Below, in pieces: positions 36,640-45,293 of a stretch of DNA of 64,000 nucleotides. The DNA is from an uncultured Rickettsiales bacterium (GTDB lineage: Bacteria; Pseudomonadota; Alphaproteobacteria; Rickettsiales; SXRF01), in NCBI GenBank assembly GCA_964518725.1, contig CAZFKP010000007.1:8397-72396 (forward strand). The letters are read 5' to 3'. Within the stretch, counting starts at the first letter, position 1; each line of letters starts with the position of its first letter. A model generated the notes under the pieces. The model had not been told where the DNA came from, did no database searches, and saw nothing but the letters and a program-made list of their open reading frames with translations. Both the position numbers and the translations under genes were made by a program.

Positions 36640-37420
36640 TTACAGCGCGATCTGCCCACCGGAAAGTTCCTGTGACATAAGCTTGAACAGTGAAAGCTGG
36701 TCGGGATAAAGTAATGAGTGCTTGCCAGCCGCCACATCGTCGAGCGGCAGGATGGAAACCGTGCAGACTTCCGGTTTCCCGCTTTCCTTGTTACTTGTGT
36801 GCGCGCGCATGGCATGACGGTACGTCGCATCCTCTTCCAGTCTTTTTACATGGTTCTTGATATTCAACACTTCCAGCGGCATCAAGTTCGAGCATATAAC
36901 CAACCACTGCGCGGCGTTCACCCCACGGCATCGTCAGTGTTTTCGTATCGATGGGCTTGAGGCGTGATGGATTAATCGCAAGCACCGGTTTTCCATTATC
37001 GTCCACCAGCTCTTCCTCACATTCGCGAACGGCCGCCGCACGCGAGTCTTCTGCTTTTGTATCGTCGGCGAGGGTATGAATGGTACCGGGAGTCTTGGTG
37101 AGGTTGTTCATACCGCCCGCAATCATGTATATCGGAATGTTCGGATCGGCAGCATATTTCGGGCTTTCGTAGTGAGTTCCTGCTTTTACCAGAACGACTT
37201 TCTGTACACCGTTTTCCTTGAAGGTCAGCACCACGCCGGAACCAACGGTTGCTTTCTGCACCTCTTCCACCACTGCGTGTTCTAGTGTGGTATAAACGGG
37301 AAGGCTCGGCCAGTGGCGCGCCACGATGCCGCGGATAATTTCCTTCTTTTGATCGTCCGTGCCTTCAAGCTGCTGTATCAGGGCATCAACCTGTGCGACA
37401 ATTTCAGCGTTATCGGCCAT
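36640..37420 (-). pseudogene. Nudix-like hydrolase split by a frameshift
   Basis: Two minus-strand ORFs (36791-37420 and 36640-36921) overlap by 131 nt in different frames. The upstream frame carries a loose Nudix box (GG...AAVRECEEELV) and ends in low-quality sequence (CKKTGRGCDVPSCHARAHK). The downstream frame reads naturally from about KRLEEDATYRH onward. A T5/A5 run lies at 36843-36847. Confidence 0.5.
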
Positions 37421-37423
37421 GCA

Positions 37424-37978
37424 TCATCCGACCTGGCCAGGAATGTTTCCGCCCATCACATCGTCAATACCCAGCTTTGCATAGGCCGCAATCTGCTGCC
37501 TTACATACTCTGCCATTTTCGCCGCATGTGGAAGTTTCTCCAGATCGCCGCGATAGACGTTGCGAAGCAGCGCTTCCTGTAATTTCCCCGTGTCGCCGCC
37601 CGCGGTTTGGTAGGCGAGCTGCCTGCCGTAAAATGCCTGCGACATATTTTTGATGCGTTTGCCGACACCCGTATCACTCGATCCCATTTCACGCAGACTG
37701 CGATCCATATCGGCGAAGAATACTTCCGATACGGCACGGAGCAGTTCCATCGCCTCGATCGAGCCGATTTTTTTCAGCCGGTCGATGGCAAGGAACATGT
37801 GCAAGGTGATGAGATCAAACCGGCCATCGAGCGTATCCGGCACGCCGTAGCTGGTATAAAATTCAGGAGCGCGTGCCTGCTCGACGATGCGAACATACAG
37901 CGCGTGGGATTCATCGCGGTAGGGCGGCGCGGAAAAAAGGTTGGAAATGGCTTTAAGCATGGGGTTGTTACGCGGCAT
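37424..37978 (-). CDS. Ubiquinol-cytochrome c chaperone (Cbp3-like) family protein
   Basis: 184 aa. Motifs seen: LYVRIVEQARAPEFY..GVPDTLDGRFDLITLHMFL and DMDRSLREMG..D.GVGKRIK...AFYGR. Confidence 0.75.
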   Translation of the reverse strand: MPRNNPMLKAISNLFSAPPYRDESHALYVRIVEQARAPEFYTSYGVPDTLDGRFDLITLHMFLAIDRLKKIGSIEAMELLRAVSEVFFADMDRSLREMGSSDTGVGKRIKNMSQAFYGRQLAYQTAGGDTGKLQEALLRNVYRGDLEKLPHAAKMAEYVRQQIAAYAKLGIDDVMGGNIPGQVG

Positions 37979-38864
37979 CTGCCGTCATTTCTTTTTGCAA
38001 CTTCTCGAAGGCCTTCACCTCAATCTGGCGGACGCGTTCACGCGAAATGTTATAGGCCTGACTCAAATCCTCAAGCGTATCCGGTTCTTCTTTCAGGCGG
38101 CGACGGAGGATGATATCGCGCTCGCGCTCATTCAGCTTTGACAAGGCGCGTTTCAATGCGTCGTGCAGCAAGCCCTTTTCCTGGGCATTGGCCAGCACCG
38201 TTTCCTGATTATCGGACGTATCTTCGAGGAAATTGATTTTTTCTTCATCGGAATCGCCGGACATCATGCTGTTCAAATAGACATCGGCACCGGACATGCG
38301 TTGATCCATGTCAAACACGTCCTGTTTATCAACATCCAGCATAGTGGCGATGTCGCCAGCCTGCTGGTCGGTAAGACCGCGTGCATCATGGGCGCCGATT
38401 TTTTTCTTCATCTTACGCAGGTTAAAAAATAGCCGCTTCTGGGTGGCGCTACTGCCAACTTTCACCATCGACCATGAGCGCAAGATATATTCCTGAATGG
38501 CCGCCCGGATCCACCAGATCGCATAGGTCGCGAGGCGGAAACCCTTGTCCGGCTCAAAACGTTTGACCGCTTGCATCATACCGATGTTACCCTCGGCGAT
38601 GAGTTCGTTCATCGGCAAGCCGTAACCGCGAAACTTAAAGGCAATTTTTGCAACAAGCCGCAGGTGGCTCGTCACCAGACGGTGCGCGGCGTTCACATCA
38701 CCATGATCTTTCCAGCGTTTGGAAAGTTCGTATTCTTCCTTTGGTTCGAGCACAGGAAATTTTGAAATCTCCTGCAGGTAACGGCGCAACCCATCCGACG
38801 ATGAAGACGGGATTGGAAGTGCGGCAACTTTAGCCGGTAAATTCTTAGACGGTGTAAATTCCAT
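37968..38864 (-). CDS. rpoH: RNA polymerase sigma-32 factor RpoH
   Basis: 298 aa. The RpoH box ATQKRLFFNLRKMKK is present, and regions 2 and 4 are recognisable (GNIGMMQAVKRFEPDKGFRLATYA; ISRERVRQIE). Confidence 0.93.
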   Translation of the reverse strand: MEFTPSKNLPAKVAALPIPSSSSDGLRRYLQEISKFPVLEPKEEYELSKRWKDHGDVNAAHRLVTSHLRLVAKIAFKFRGYGLPMNELIAEGNIGMMQAVKRFEPDKGFRLATYAIWWIRAAIQEYILRSWSMVKVGSSATQKRLFFNLRKMKKKIGAHDARGLTDQQAGDIATMLDVDKQDVFDMDQRMSGADVYLNSMMSGDSDEEKINFLEDTSDNQETVLANAQEKGLLHDALKRALSKLNERERDIILRRRLKEEPDTLEDLSQAYNISRERVRQIEVKAFEKLQKEMTADAA

Positions 38865-38889
38865 GGCTCTCTACTTTCCTCGGACGACT

Positions 38890-38918
38890 ATTATAGTGCG
38901 TTTGCCCCCGGCATTCAA
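38890..38918 (-). promoter_or_regulatory. Sigma70-type promoter for rpoH
   Basis: The minus strand reads TTGAAT (38918-38913), then 17 nt, then TATAAT (38895-38890). It lies about 26 nt upstream of the ATG. Confidence 0.5.
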
Positions 38919-38998
38919 GGGGTGTGGATATAATATAGATCAATGGGTTAACACAAAGCGTTTTGTTTCAGAAATTCGCTCCTGCAAAGAAGCACGCC

Positions 38999-39065
38999 GG
39001 AATGGATGCCGAGGAAAGCGAGCGTACGAGAGAGTACGTGAGCCTTTTTGAGGAGGCTCCATTCC
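38999..39065. repeat. 67-nt imperfect palindrome downstream of rpsD
   Basis: The outer arms are GGAATGGA (38999-39006) and TCCATTCC (39058-39065). The central hairpin is GCGTAC-gagaga-GTACGT. On the minus strand there is an inner hairpin GAGCCT..AGGCTC. Confidence 0.5.
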
Positions 39066-39091
39066 AAGCAGATTCAAAGCAGGAGTAGAGT

Positions 39092-39709
39092 TTACCGTGA
39101 GTAGAACTCGATGACCGCGTTCGGCTGCATGATCGTTGCATACGGCACTTCGGCGAGTTTCGGTACGCGGATAAATTTGCCTTTCAGCCCGTCCTTATCG
39201 AACTCAATATATTCCGGGATGCTGCGCTCAGGGTTTTGCACGGTTTCCAGCACTTTGGTCAGCTGCTTGGATTTCTCGCGCACTTCGATCAGGTCGCCCT
39301 CGTTCACCACCAGGCTTGGGATGTTGGCTTTTTTGCCGTTCAGGCGCACGTGGCCGTGGCTCACGAACTGGCGGGCAGCGAACACGCTTGGCACCAGACC
39401 CATGCGGTAAACCACCGTATCCAGGCGGCTTTCGAGCAGGCCGATCAGGTTTTCACCGGTATCGCCGCGGCGACGGAGCGCTTCAGCATAAATTTTACGG
39501 AACTGGCGCTCGGTAATGTTGCCATAGTAACCTTTGAGTTTTTGTTTCTCGCGGAGCTGCGTGCCATAATCCGAGGTTTTTTTGCGTTTCGCCGCACCGT
39601 GCTGGCCGGGCGCATAGGCGCGTTTATTGAACGGATCCTTAGCGTCACCCCACAGGCTTGCACCCAGGCGGCGGCTGATTTTGAACTTGGCGGTCACTCG
39701 TTTTGTCAC
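39092..39709 (-). CDS. rpsD: 30S ribosomal protein S4
   Basis: 205 aa. The N-terminus is [22 protein letters not shown]...PGQHG, followed by an S4 RNA-binding domain. Confidence 0.95.
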   Translation of the reverse strand: MTKRVTAKFKISRRLGASLWGDAKDPFNKRAYAPGQHGAAKRKKTSDYGTQLREKQKLKGYYGNITERQFRKIYAEALRRRGDTGENLIGLLESRLDTVVYRMGLVPSVFAARQFVSHGHVRLNGKKANIPSLVVNEGDLIEVREKSKQLTKVLETVQNPERSIPEYIEFDKDGLKGKFIRVPKLAEVPYATIMQPNAVIEFYSR

Positions 39710-39863
39710 GCGGATATCCTCTATATAGTAAGTAGTGAAGGGACGTGGAATATACTGATATAAATGGCCATGTCAAATGGGAAATAGGCAGGATTTTGCC
39801 GTTTTTGTGAGGCATCTGCCGACATCTGTGCTAGAATGAACGAAAATTAAGATGGGGGACAGA

Positions 39864-40328
39864 ATGGTGGATGCACAAAACCGTGTCGCGGCGGCGGCTA
39901 TCCCTACGGAAATCCGCAAGAAATTCGATGCGTTAGTGGATGAGTATGTCGGTCTGCTGATTGGGACTTCCGTGGGGTCAGGCCCGGGTTCGGATGAAGT
40001 CAAAACATGGCAAGCTCGCCAAGGCGGCCAGCAATCGGCCGGGGGGGTGCCGATGGTTGACCGGATTACAGGCGCAACCGGAAGGAGCACCGTAGAAGAT
40101 TCAGCGCGGGAACAGGTATTCGCCATGTTGGAGCGCGGGCTGAAGGGTGAACGATTCGAGATAATAAAGGCGATTAATGTGGGCGAGCCGGGCAAGAACA
40201 TTGCCGAATTATGGAGCGCCAATACATCTTATAGTGAGTATGGCTGCAGCCCGGATCAATTAAAGGCTTATCTGAAAGAATACATTAGTGACGAGCGCTT
40301 TAAAGCGACCCCAGTTCCCCTGCCCTAG
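39864..40328 (+). CDS. Hypothetical protein
   Basis: 154 aa with GGGGGA 4 nt upstream of the ATG at 39864. The amino-acid composition is protein-like, whereas the antisense ORF is Ser/Pro/Thr/Arg-rich junk. I recognised no family. Confidence 0.4.
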   Translation: MVDAQNRVAAAAIPTEIRKKFDALVDEYVGLLIGTSVGSGPGSDEVKTWQARQGGQQSAGGVPMVDRITGATGRSTVEDSAREQVFAMLERGLKGERFEIIKAINVGEPGKNIAELWSANTSYSEYGCSPDQLKAYLKEYISDERFKATPVPLP

Positions 40329-41097
40329 CCACCGCCGCATCCACCGCTTCTGAGATAAGCTTCTGCAATCCTTTGTCTTTTTGTAATATGGCGAGTGCCG
40401 CCGCCGTGGTGCCGCCGGGGCTGGTCACCCAGCCGCGCTGGTCGGCGAGCGTTGCCGTCCCTATAGAATGAGTGGCAAGCGCCGCGCTCCCGCCGCAGGT
40501 GGCAAGTGCCAGCTGGGTAGCGGCCTGCTCGGTCAGCCCATGGCGGATTCCGGCGGTGACCAGGCACTCCATCATATAAAAGAAATAGGCCGGCCCACTG
40601 CCCGAGATAGCCGTGACCGCATCCATGAGTTTTTCATCGTCCAGCCACAGCGTCTGGCCGACCGCTCCCATTAATGTTGTCGCCTGCTGGCGCGCCGGGT
40701 CGTTAACTTTTGCGTTTCCGACCAGCCCGGTGATCCCCTGCCCGACGCTCGCCGGGGTATTTGGCATGGCACGGACGATTGGTGCAGCCCCCAGATGCTT
40801 TTCGTAATAGGCAAGCGGCTTGCCCGCGGCGATGGAAATATATAATGGGGTCACACCAAATTTTTTCGCAACGCCTGGAAGCAATTCGTCAAGCTGTTGC
40901 GGTTTGACGGCGAGCACCACCACATCCGGCGCGAAGCCATCAGGCAACTCGGAAATCTGTTTCGCATGCGGAACGGTGATGTCGGCTCTCGGATCAACGA
41001 TCATGATCGGATCGAACAGGTGACGGAGCATCTGTTCCCAACGCGTATATAACGCGCTGCCCATTGCACCATAACCGATGAGAAGGAGTGAAGTCAT
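40300..41097 (-). CDS. proC: Pyrroline-5-carboxylate reductase
   Basis: The NAD(P) motif LLLIGYGAMGSAL is present, along with the C-terminal VTSPGGTT motif. Confidence 0.9.
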   Translation of the reverse strand: MTSLLLIGYGAMGSALYTRWEQMLRHLFDPIMIVDPRADITVPHAKQISELPDGFAPDVVVLAVKPQQLDELLPGVAKKFGVTPLYISIAAGKPLAYYEKHLGAAPIVRAMPNTPASVGQGITGLVGNAKVNDPARQQATTLMGAVGQTLWLDDEKLMDAVTAISGSGPAYFFYMMECLVTAGIRHGLTEQAATQLALATCGGSAALATHSIGTATLADQRGWVTSPGGTTAAALAILQKDKGLQKLISEAVDAAVARAGELGSL

Positions 41098-41171
41098 AAC
41101 CCACACAAAAAATTAGCCGCCGGTGAGTTTGTAACCCACAGGCGGCTAACTGCCAAATGCTATTTCGCCAA

Positions 41172-41672
41172 CTACGCTTCGCCGACCGTTTCAAACAGTG
41201 CGAGGCGGATGGCATCGGCGGGTGCCTTGTCACCCCAAATCGCAGACTGGAACGCCGGATAGAAGCGCTCACACTCAGCTACAGCGATATCGAGCACTTC
41301 CTGCAAATGCTCGGATGTGGTGCCCGCGCCATCGCGCAGCAGCATCGAGTGACGGAACACGATCGTGCACTCTTCGGTCGAGACGTCGAAATGGCCAAGC
41401 CAGATTTTTTCATTGGCCATGGCAAGCAGCGAGTGCACTTTGAGCAGCATGACTTTTGGGAATTTGGATTCGATGGAGCAAGACAGGGTGAGGCCACCAC
41501 AATCTTCCTGCCAGGTGAACCATACATGGTACTTGCACCATGAACCATTCGTCTCCGCGATCAGCTCGCCATCGCTTGCGCGATCGAATGACCAGTCGCG
41601 ATCGAGAAACACCAGCTCGGCAAGATCGAGAGGATTATAGTGTTCACCGTTTTCAAGAAGCAACGTTGACAT
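41172..41672 (-). CDS. YbjN-like (putative sensory transduction/chaperone-like) domain protein
   Basis: 166 aa and acidic. It sits next to proC, which is the usual position of the conserved alphaproteobacterial YbjN-domain gene. The assignment is from memory of the family pattern. Confidence 0.5.
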   Translation of the reverse strand: MSTLLLENGEHYNPLDLAELVFLDRDWSFDRASDGELIAETNGSWCKYHVWFTWQEDCGGLTLSCSIESKFPKVMLLKVHSLLAMANEKIWLGHFDVSTEECTIVFRHSMLLRDGAGTTSEHLQEVLDIAVAECERFYPAFQSAIWGDKAPADAIRLALFETVGEA

Positions 41673-41863
41673 GTTTTTCTCCTGAGTTGAAAATGTGTGG
41701 AATGATTCCGTAGTCAGAATCGTTCGCTTTACCCCTCAAGTCTTACATAGGCGCAGGGCAAAAACCACAACTTTATTTTCCGTAAAGAAGAAATATTTTC
41801 ACGTTGTATAACAATTGGTTATTGTCTCAACTTTTGAGTGAAAACTGGTTAAAAATGCGGCAT

Positions 41864-42109
41864 TTAGGGTAGGCGATTTTCAAGCTTTTCGAGGCGGGTT
41901 TTTAGTTTTTCCTGCTCTTCCCGTATCTTAGTCAGCATGGCCAGTGCCGTATCCAGCTCTTCTTTCGTGCTTAAGTTCATTTTCTGTAGTAATTTTTCTA
42001 ACTGGGCGCTAACTATTTCCTCTAATTCGCGCTTAATACCCAGCAGAGAACCCGCAGCCCCGCTGGCTGCCTTGGCGATATCTTCAAAAAACCTGTTGTC
42101 TTTCTGCAT
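41864..42109 (-). CDS. ubiK: UbiK/YqiC (BMFP) family accessory factor
   Basis: 81 aa. The N-terminus is MQKDNRFFEDIAKAASGAAG, followed by a coiled coil (LSTKEELDTALAMLTKIREEQEKL). Confidence 0.7.
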   Translation of the reverse strand: MQKDNRFFEDIAKAASGAAGSLLGIKRELEEIVSAQLEKLLQKMNLSTKEELDTALAMLTKIREEQEKLKTRLEKLENRLP

Positions 42110-42204
42110 GTTAATCTCCTGTTATCCCATAAAAAAGCCGAGAATATTTACCTTTTATCAATAGTGATGCGTTACACTCTACTTATACAGGAGTCTTTTC
42201 AACT

Positions 42205-43200
42205 ATGAAAACCATTTTGGTGACGGGCGGCGCAGGATTCATCGGCTCCAACCTCGTAGCGGCGCTGGTAGCGCGCGGCACCCACCATATCGTCGTCTGC
42301 GATACATTCGGCACCGATGATAAATGGCGCAACCTTGCCAAGCACCCTGTGTTTGAAATTATTCCGCCGGAACAAGTGTTCGACTGGCTGGAGTTCAACC
42401 GTTCACAGGTCGAGCTTGTTTTCCACCTCGGATCGCTATCTTCCACCACAGAAAGAAACATCGACCTCATCCTCAAACACAATTTCACGCTGTCACTGAA
42501 ACTCTGGCGCTGGTGCAACGTGCGCGGCGTGCGGATGATCTACACGTCGTCGGCCGCTACTTACGGCAAAGGCGAACACGGATTCGACGATTCGACCGAC
42601 ATCGCTTACATGCGTTCGCTCATGCCGCTTTCAGGTTACGGCTGGAGCAAGCACATGTTTGACCTGCATGTGGTGCAGGCGGTGGCGCGCGGCGAAGCAA
42701 GCATTCCGCAGTGGGTAGGGCTCAAAACCTTCAACACCTACGGCCCCAACGAATACCACAAGGGCGATCAGCAGAGCGTAATCACTAAAGTCGCCGCCCA
42801 TGCCATCCAGGCGGGCACGGTGAAGCTGTTCCGTTCCTACAATCCGCAATATGCCGATGGCGAGCAGAAGCGCGACGTGATTTACATCAAGGACGTGGTG
42901 CGGGTGCTGCTGTGGTGCATGGATTATCCGCGCATCACCGGCCTGTTCAATCTCGGCACCGGTCAGGCCAGCACCTTCAACCAGATGGCGCGGGCGATTT
43001 TCTCGGCGCTGGGATCGACCCCACGTATCAGCTATTCCGACATGCCGGAAGACCTTGTGCCTAAGTACCAGTATTTCACCCAAGCCAACATGCAGAAGCT
43101 TCGCAATGTCGGGTTTACCGAAGAGTTCACGCCGCTGGAAACAGGCATCAAGGACTATGTTAGGAACTACCTGATGAAAAAGGACGATCCGTACCTCTAG
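42205..43200 (+). CDS. hldD: ADP-L-glycero-D-manno-heptose 6-epimerase
   Basis: The Rossmann motif ILVTGGAGFIGSNL is present, with catalytic YGWSKHMFD. Length is 331 aa. Confidence 0.75.
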   Translation: MKTILVTGGAGFIGSNLVAALVARGTHHIVVCDTFGTDDKWRNLAKHPVFEIIPPEQVFDWLEFNRSQVELVFHLGSLSSTTERNIDLILKHNFTLSLKLWRWCNVRGVRMIYTSSAATYGKGEHGFDDSTDIAYMRSLMPLSGYGWSKHMFDLHVVQAVARGEASIPQWVGLKTFNTYGPNEYHKGDQQSVITKVAAHAIQAGTVKLFRSYNPQYADGEQKRDVIYIKDVVRVLLWCMDYPRITGLFNLGTGQASTFNQMARAIFSALGSTPRISYSDMPEDLVPKYQYFTQANMQKLRNVGFTEEFTPLETGIKDYVRNYLMKKDDPYL

Positions 43201-44081
43201 AGCCCGGCATAATCTTCCCGCATCATCTGCGCCAACGCCTCGAATAGTTTCGTGCGCCCGCTGGTCTTGCGCCAATACAGTCCAATGGTGCGTGACGGTG
43301 CCGGCGCTTCAAACGAAATATAGCAGAGCGCAGGATCCTGATCCCGGGTCGCGAGTTTGGGTATCAGCGTCACACGGTCGCTCGCCGCCACCATATGGCG
43401 CAGTGTTTCCAGGCTGGTGGCACGGAAATTCTTCGCCTCCCCCGCCCCCATGGCACGGCACACCGACAATGCCTGCTCACGCAGGCAATGGCCGTCTTCG
43501 AGCAGCAGCATGGTTACATCCCGTATGTCGGCAAGCGCCACGGTTCTGTTCCCGGCGAGTTTATGGTGTTTGGCTACCGCAAGAAAGAACGGCTCGTCAA
43601 AGAGCGTCTGCGAGTCGAACATCCCATCACCAGCCGGCATGGCAAGCATGGCCGCATCAATCTCCCCTGCTTCCAACTGACGCAGAAGCTCCGGGGTTTT
43701 TTCTTCTACCAACAATAGGTTTAGTTTCGGAAAGCGGTTGCCGATCTGTGGCATCAGGCTCGGCAACAGGTAGGGCGCAAGTGTTGGGAAGATGCCGAGC
43801 TTCAATTCCCCAGCCAGCGCATCGCTGCTTGCCGCCGACAGTGCACGAATCTCTGCCGCCTCTTCCAATATGCTCCGCGCCCGCCGTGTGATCTCTTTAC
43901 CGATCTCGGTCAGCATCACCTGTTTATTATTGCGCTCGAATAATTGCACCCCAAGCGTCTCTTCCAGTTTCTTCAGCTGCATGGACAGAGTCGGCTGGCT
44001 GACGTGACATGCTTCCGCCGCCCGGCCAAAATGCAAGTGACGTGCTGTTTCTGATAAATATTGTAGGTCGCGTAGATTCAT
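43197..44081 (-). CDS. oxyR: LysR-family peroxide-sensing regulator OxyR
   Basis: The HTH region is MNLRDLQYLSETARHLHFGRAAEACHVSQPTLSMQLKKLEE. The redox cysteine context is LLEDGHCLREQALSVC. It is divergent from ahpC. Confidence 0.85.
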   Translation of the reverse strand: MNLRDLQYLSETARHLHFGRAAEACHVSQPTLSMQLKKLEETLGVQLFERNNKQVMLTEIGKEITRRARSILEEAAEIRALSAASSDALAGELKLGIFPTLAPYLLPSLMPQIGNRFPKLNLLLVEEKTPELLRQLEAGEIDAAMLAMPAGDGMFDSQTLFDEPFFLAVAKHHKLAGNRTVALADIRDVTMLLLEDGHCLREQALSVCRAMGAGEAKNFRATSLETLRHMVAASDRVTLIPKLATRDQDPALCYISFEAPAPSRTIGLYWRKTSGRTKLFEALAQMMREDYAGL

Positions 44082-44194
44082 ATGATAGATATAATCTATC
44101 ACCAATATAAAAACAATAGATTATACTGCCTATGCATCTCGGCATAAGGTGGTTGGCACCGCGCAATCATGCGTATCAACCAAAGGAGAACCAT

Positions 44195-44734
44195 ATGTTA
44201 AGTGTAGGCCACAAATTCCCGGCGTTTAACCTGAAAGCCACCGTTAGTAGCGACATCAAGGATGCGTTCACCGACATCACCAATCAAACCTACCAAGGCA
44301 AGTGGCTGGTGGTGTTCTTCTGGCCAAAGGATTTCACCTTCGTCTGCCCAACTGAAATTGCTGAGTTCGGCAAGCTGAACAAAGAGTTCAAAGACCGCGA
44401 CGCGCAGGTGCTTGGTGCATCCACCGATTCCGAATTCGTGCACATGGCGTGGCGCACCCACAAGGAAGAGCTTTCTGCACTCCCCTTCCCCATGCTCGCC
44501 GACGTGAAGCGTGAACTGACCACTGCGCTTGGTATCCTCGACCCAGTTGAGGGTGTCGCACAACGGGCAACCTATGTCGTCGATCCCGAAGGCATTATCC
44601 GCTTCACCATGGTCACCGATTTATCCGTTGGGCGCAACGTGAAGGAAGTGCTGCGCGTTCTCGATGCGCTGCAGACCGATGAGCTCTGCCCCTGCAACTG
44701 GCAAAAAGGCCAAGACACACTCAAGGTCGCATAG
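44195..44734 (+). CDS. ahpC: Peroxiredoxin AhpC (AhpC/TSA family)
   Basis: AAGGAG lies upstream of the ATG at 44195. The peroxidatic Cys context is FTFVCPTEI. Confidence 0.9.
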   Translation: MLSVGHKFPAFNLKATVSSDIKDAFTDITNQTYQGKWLVVFFWPKDFTFVCPTEIAEFGKLNKEFKDRDAQVLGASTDSEFVHMAWRTHKEELSALPFPMLADVKRELTTALGILDPVEGVAQRATYVVDPEGIIRFTMVTDLSVGRNVKEVLRVLDALQTDELCPCNWQKGQDTLKVA

Positions 44735-44762
44735 CGCCACATCCCACACGAAAGGAATAACT

Positions 44763-45293
44763 ATGACAATCGAACTACTCAAAGATGCACTCGGGGATCA
44801 TGCGAAAGATATTCGCCTGAACCTTGGCAGCGTTCTGTCGACTGACGGCGCGCCCGACCTCGCCCAGAACCAGATTTACGGGATTGCGCTCGCCTCAGCC
44901 TATAGCACCAAAAACCAAGCGGTGATTGACGCCGTGAAGGCCGATGCGGCGTCCGTATTGTCGGAAGCCGAATTTGCCGCCGCCAAATCGGCAGCGACGG
45001 TGATGGCGATGAACAATGTCTATTACCGTTTCGTGCATCTGGTCTCCGACAAAGAATACGGCAAGCTGCCGGCCAAGCTGCGGATGAACGTCATTGGCAC
45101 TCCCGGCATTCCAAAAGCCGATTTTGAACTTTACTGCCTCGCCGTCTCCGCCATCAACGGCTGCGGCATGTGCATGGACGCGCACGTGCATGAGGTAGAA
45201 AAGGCCGGCACCAGTAAACTCGGCGTTCAATCAGCGATCCGCATTGCGAGCGTCATCAATGCTGCGGCGCAGACCATCGCGATTACGGCTTAA
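44763..45293 (+). CDS. ahpD: Alkyl hydroperoxide reductase AhpD
   Basis: 176 aa. The CxxC context INGCGMCMDAHV is present. It sits immediately downstream of ahpC. Confidence 0.88.
   Translation: MTIELLKDALGDHAKDIRLNLGSVLSTDGAPDLAQNQIYGIALASAYSTKNQAVIDAVKADAASVLSEAEFAAAKSAATVMAMNNVYYRFVHLVSDKEYGKLPAKLRMNVIGTPGIPKADFELYCLAVSAINGCGMCMDAHVHEVEKAGTSKLGVQSAIRIASVINAAAQTIAITA

Noticed and set aside
36640-36921. The 93-aa ORF as an independent small gene.
   Set aside because: It overlaps the upstream same-strand ORF by 131 nt. It has only a GTG start and no RBS. It reads as the natural continuation of the upstream protein after a 1-nt shift, so I treated it as part of a frameshifted gene.
39773-40222. 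The minus-strand 149-aa ORF between rpsD and proC.
   Set aside because: Its composition is Ser/Pro/Thr/Arg/Cys-rich, which is typical of an antisense frame. The plus-strand ORF covering the same region has balanced composition and an SD-like GGGGGA.
45231-45293. The 63-nt convergent overlap between the ahpD and acyltransferase 3' ends, considered as a sign of mis-annotation or antisense regulation.
   Set aside because: Both ORFs have strong family signatures up to near their ends. The overlapping acyltransferase tail (…LSRNRDGLRRSIDDARNADR) is not obviously conserved, so the overlap may simply be a non-essential C-terminal extension. Nothing in the sequence alone supports a regulatory role.
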